The notes below the pieces were generated by a model. The model was not told the DNA's origin. It worked only from the letters and a program-made list of their open reading frames with translations, and ran no database searches. Of a stretch of 20,724 bases of DNA, positions 17,235-20,724 are shown piece after piece. Position 1 is the first letter of the stretch. Each line of letters starts with the position of its first letter. The translations under genes were made by a program, and so were the position numbers. Source of the stretch: Promethearchaeota archaeon (GTDB lineage: Archaea; Asgardarchaeota; Heimdallarchaeia; Hodarchaeales; Hodarchaeaceae); assembly GCA_048938105.1 (NCBI GenBank), contig JBHLMN010000035.1, positions 1-20,724 on the forward strand, read 5' to 3'.

Positions 17235-17841
17235 GATCTAGCTAATTTTCAGTTGATATGATTACTTGGGGCCTAGGAGATTTTCTTACTGTAAGGTTTA
17301 TTGCAAACATTTACAAGGAAAATAAAAATTTTCTTTTTTAATTTGATTGATATAGTGAAATAAAACAACAAAATTAACAGAAAAAACAATCAGATAAAGG
17401 AATCATGGGTTTCAAAATAGAAAGAAAGCATGAGATGACTGAACAAGAGCGAAGAAGTCTTTGAAACAGAAAACAACAGGTAAAAGGAATGGATTAAAAG
17501 AATTATAATTATTTATTGAGAAAGAGGTCTCTCTTTGAAAACTCTTTAACTGATGGGATCGTACAAATGAAATTGAATCTGGTTTGTTGTTTTTGATAAC
17601 ATACCTTAATGATCTTGTTAACAAATTTAAACTATAGATTCTCATTTTTCTTCAGAAAAATAATCTAACTATTCTGTTACCAAACCTGAAAACGCTACTA
17701 GTATAGTATTAATGCTAAGAAGACCTCAAAGCATCCTAGATCTACAATAATTTAAATTTCTCCGTTTGAGTGAACAAAGAGATCAAAAGGATTAAGTAAC
17801 GAATAATGAGAGGTTTTCAAAGACTCAATTTGTTCCCCCAA

Positions 17842-17859
17842 GGAAACAATTTTATTAAA
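17842..17859 (+). promoter_or_regulatory. Putative BRE/TATA promoter of the CdvA-like/SWIM operon
   Basis: GGAAACAAT-TTTATTAAA ends about 35 nt upstream of GTG 17894 and 50 nt upstream of ATG 17909. Confidence 0.45.
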
Positions 17860-17893
17860 GCAAAAAATAAGTTATACAGTTTAAATTTCTACT

Positions 17894-18493
17894 GTGGAGA
17901 CTCTCAAAATGACAACTGAAAAGATGGATATAAATCCAGATTCTTTGAAACAAGTAGCTAAAAAAGTTAAATTAGAAGAAGAGCTTAAGAAATTGAAACT
18001 CAAATCAGAAAAGCTCAAAGTTCGGGCCGAGATCGAAGAGATTGATGTTAGTGAAGATATAAAGAAACTTGATCAAGACATCATGAAATTATCTGAGGAA
18101 AGGGAGAAACATGGATCTTTGGAACACCCTTTTTTGGATCTCATAGATAAGCAAACGAAACTCCAAGAGCGTTTGATGAAATTAGAGGAAAAAAAAGGTG
18201 AGATACAAGCCACCGTTTATGAATCTCTTAAAAATGAGTATTTGGGTGAAAAAGAAGCTATAACACAACAAATCAATCAAGCTATTGAACAATTGAGAAA
18301 AATGAAACAGGGGGCTTCAAAAGGAGCTCAATCTTTAAAATATAGTATTGAAGAGCTTTCTGTAAGGAAAGAGATCGAAGAAATACCAGAAGATATTTAT
18401 AATGAACGGATCTCAAATTTAAAGAGTGAACTGGAACAATCAGATGAATTGAAAGAAGCTGTTGATTTTTTACTAAAAATGGTGAGGAGCTAA
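17894..18493 (+). CDS. CdvA-like coiled-coil protein (start probably ATG 17909)
   Basis: All-helical, E/K/L-rich. Two GEI/EEI-x3-Y hairpin turns (GEIQATVYESLKNEY; ELSVRKEIEEIPEDIYNERISNL) resemble the CdvA coiled-coil domain. No PRC barrel. Confidence 0.6.
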   Translation: METLKMTTEKMDINPDSLKQVAKKVKLEEELKKLKLKSEKLKVRAEIEEIDVSEDIKKLDQDIMKLSEEREKHGSLEHPFLDLIDKQTKLQERLMKLEEKKGEIQATVYESLKNEYLGEKEAITQQINQAIEQLRKMKQGASKGAQSLKYSIEELSVRKEIEEIPEDIYNERISNLKSELEQSDELKEAVDFLLKMVRS

Positions 18494-18817
18494 TTGACCT
18501 CCAAGTTTTCAAATCGGTTAAAAGAAGCCAAGGAATTAGTAAGAACTAATAGTGTAAAGAGATATATTATAAGCAAAGACAATGATCATAATGTGGAACG
18601 ATGGGTTGTTGTGGGAAAAACAAGAGAATATCTGGTTATGATCGATCCATATTGGTGTCGTTGTTATGATTTTCAACATAATGCATTGGAAAACCGTGTA
18701 TCCCAATGCAAACATAATATTGCTGTCCAAATCGCGCGTCAAGAAGAAGAATTTGAAACTTTTCACCTCAATAAAGAAGAATACGATTACATTCGCTCAG
18801 ATTTTCTTATATCTTGA
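18494..18817 (+). CDS. Small SWIM zinc-finger protein, SWS1/ZSWIM7-like
   Basis: CRCYDF-x11-CKHNIAV (CxC...CxH), preceded by AxELV, VVG and Y motifs. SD GGTGAGGAG at 18481-18489; TTG directly follows the upstream stop. Confidence 0.85.
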   Translation: MTSKFSNRLKEAKELVRTNSVKRYIISKDNDHNVERWVVVGKTREYLVMIDPYWCRCYDFQHNALENRVSQCKHNIAVQIARQEEEFETFHLNKEEYDYIRSDFLIS

Positions 18818-18869
18818 AGAAGTGGAACTATTAGCCTATTGAGATATGGATAAACAGCAGAGATGGTGT

Positions 18870-19874
18870 TTAAACCTTTTCCTGATTTTTTATATCTAAT
18901 TTTGTCTCAAAAAGCTGGAACAGATATTGTCTAACAGATTTAATTTCCAATAATGATGAGTTGTATCCTGCAGCGCTGTCATGTCCTCCTCCTGTGCCCC
19001 CAAATTGACTTATTAATTTAGGAATGATATCTCTTCCTAGAGATAAGCCTGTTTCCTCTGTAAAATCTGATGTTGTACGGAAACTAATACGAGTTTCTCG
19101 TTTTCGATTAGCAATGACTATGGCTATATCTCCTCCTAAAAAAATAAGTGATCGAGCCGCTGCTGCTTCAAATGAACTCACATGAGAGAAAAGTAAGATT
19201 TTATTATTAATTTGGTGTCGCTTCATGCGTTGGGCCGCCCGAATACAAGCTAATTTTTCCGAATAAGAACGAGAGGAAGAGAAAAGGCTCATAGTTTGAG
19301 AGTATGATTTAGAATCATTACGAAGAAGAAAATTAACACATTCAAATAACTCACGATCACCATATAAAAATCGTCTCGTATCAAAGACGATTCCAGCCAG
19401 AAGGCACTTAATGATCTGCGGAGTTAGAGAAATCTCTGCACAATAGTATAGAGAGGCAATGATTTCAGCAGTTGCTCTAAAAGAATCGAGTCGAAAATCA
19501 AACGCTACTTCTACTTCTAAGTTAGTGCTAATATGATGATCTATAATTGCAAATTGATTTTTTGAAGTTATAAGATTTGAATCTATGTAATTAGTATCAA
19601 GAAGAATGAATAGAGATGGAGATATGACTTGATCAATATTAATAGGATCAAATTGGAAATTGGAGATTTCGAGGAGATTTTGGCCTAAAGTACTTAATTC
19701 TGGTTCAAGAGTGCGAATAATTAGATTAGGATTTAGTACATGAATTAAATGGGTTAAGGCAATGGCTGATCCTACTGCATCAGGATCAGCTTGGGAATGC
19801 ATTACTAAAATTACCATATTCTGAGATTTGCGAAGAAATCCAAAAAATTCGTCATAAGAAGGGACAACTCTCAA
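18870..19874 (-). CDS. DHH/DHHA1-family phosphoesterase (NrnA-like)
   Basis: HSQADPDAVGS, LLDT, IIDHH, GIVFDT, SFRT and GGGH motifs. Confidence 0.9.
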   Translation of the reverse strand: MRVVPSYDEFFGFLRKSQNMVILVMHSQADPDAVGSAIALTHLIHVLNPNLIIRTLEPELSTLGQNLLEISNFQFDPINIDQVISPSLFILLDTNYIDSNLITSKNQFAIIDHHISTNLEVEVAFDFRLDSFRATAEIIASLYYCAEISLTPQIIKCLLAGIVFDTRRFLYGDRELFECVNFLLRNDSKSYSQTMSLFSSSRSYSEKLACIRAAQRMKRHQINNKILLFSHVSSFEAAAARSLIFLGGDIAIVIANRKRETRISFRTTSDFTEETGLSLGRDIIPKLISQFGGTGGGHDSAAGYNSSLLEIKSVRQYLFQLFETKLDIKNQEKV

Positions 19875-19887
19875 TACTTCTCTATCC

Positions 19888-20445
19888 TTACTTTTTGTTT
19901 AACAATACATCTATCTCTAAATGTAAAAGCCTCACCCTCTTGAGAATTGGGTGTGAGGGGATGAGGTATTTGCTATATCGATCAATTACTTCATCAATGG
20001 ATAAAATAGATTCTCCTTTTGAAACATTATCGGCATAAGTTATTATCTTTTCTTCCAAAGTCAGTGGGAGATAATCTTGAAAAGGTAATCCAAGCTTAAG
20101 CGCTTCATGTTTAGTAATTCCAGCAAATAAATGATTCTCTGCTATTCTTGCTAGTTCTTCAGGAAAACCTTCTTCTCGAAGCAGTTGGGCACCAATAATC
20201 CCATGGTTTATACGATGCGATTTGCAGCGTCCAATATCATGAAGTAGAGCACCAGCTAGAATAATATCGCAATTTATCAGATAATTTTGTGATTTCATTC
20301 GTTCCACAACTCTCAGCGCTGTTTGAGCTGTATGAATTGAATGAGAAATTACATTTGAAGGTGTTGAATGTCGTAGAAGTAGTCGAATACAAGTAACATA
20401 ATCTGGAAAAGAGCTCATTCTTGAAATTCCCGTAGAAACATTCAT
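19888..20445 (-). CDS. HD/HDIG-domain metal-dependent phosphohydrolase
   Basis: HS...ALLHDIG..HG..GA..L...AENH...EEKIITYADN. Co-oriented with the DHH gene, 13 nt gap. Confidence 0.9.
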   Translation of the reverse strand: MNVSTGISRMSSFPDYVTCIRLLLRHSTPSNVISHSIHTAQTALRVVERMKSQNYLINCDIILAGALLHDIGRCKSHRINHGIIGAQLLREEGFPEELARIAENHLFAGITKHEALKLGLPFQDYLPLTLEEKIITYADNVSKGESILSIDEVIDRYSKYLIPSHPILKRVRLLHLEIDVLLNKK

Positions 20446-20672
20446 GATTGTCTTGATAATATATCGTCTGTATCTCAGTCTTTATTATAGCTTAATAAAC
20501 CGAAATAAGTGAATTCAATCCCATTCACTCTGTATCCTCTATCGATCGTATGAAAAAAGCGATCTATATTCTTATTGAAAATGCTTGTTACTATAGTCTA
20601 ATAAATGAGGAGGGTTGGTGAGCTGTCTAATAATTCATGTGCTTAATTAGAAAAATATTAGTTTTTATTCTG

Positions 20673-20724
20673 ATGAAATTATCAAAATGGGCACAAGAAA
20701 TTGGAATAACTTATCATGCAGCAT
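20673..20724 (+). mobile_element. 5' fragment of a probable IS607-family transposase (serine recombinase TnpA, N-terminal HTH), running off the window
   Basis: ATG 20673 gives MKLSKWAQEIGITYHAA, matching the MKLSxWAxxxGIxYxxA(W) start typical of IS607 TnpA. Only 17 codons are visible. Confidence 0.7.

Noticed and set aside
17498-17560. LLRKRSLFE reading as an IS982/IS5 transposase remnant
   Set aside because: A single short motif with no supporting flanking similarity or terminal repeats.
17412-17645. 77-aa minus-strand ORF upstream of atpA as a possible ATPase subunit
   Set aside because: No resemblance to subunit F or any other ATPase subunit; the F/S/N-rich composition is typical of spurious ORFs.
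18282-18766. Minus-strand ORFs 18282-18512 and 18536-18766
   Set aside because: Antisense to the coiled-coil and SWIM genes, with no motifs.

Overview
AT-rich archaeal chromosomal window. The gene set (archaeal NadM, NOG1, TruA, AhcY, A/V-ATPase A, archaetidylserine genes, a TPxF-TM-basic sorting tail, CdvA-like and SWS1-like proteins, bacterial-type MutS/MutL) suggests an Asgard archaeon, possibly Heimdallarchaeia; this is an inference, not a search result. Gene order: tRNA-Leu(CAG) (truncated at the left edge); mutS; a two-gene secreted cassette (caspase/clan-CD-like protease plus a membrane-anchored partner); mutL; a Rad51/RadB paralog; an operon of YqgF-like RNase H-fold protein, nadM, nog1 and truA; ahcY with a divergent tandem Lrp regulator; an atpA-psd-pssA operon; a CdvA-like coiled-coil gene abutting a SWS1/ZSWIM7-like SWIM gene; DHH and HD hydrolases; and, missed by the ORF track, the first 17 codons of a probable IS607 TnpA at the right edge. 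The best leads are the secreted clan-CD protease/partner cassette splitting mutS-mutL, a possible Shu-like (SWS1 + Rad51 paralog) complex, the CdvA-like/SWIM coupling, and PCNA-type motifs on bacterial-type MMR proteins. All family calls come from motifs recognised by eye.
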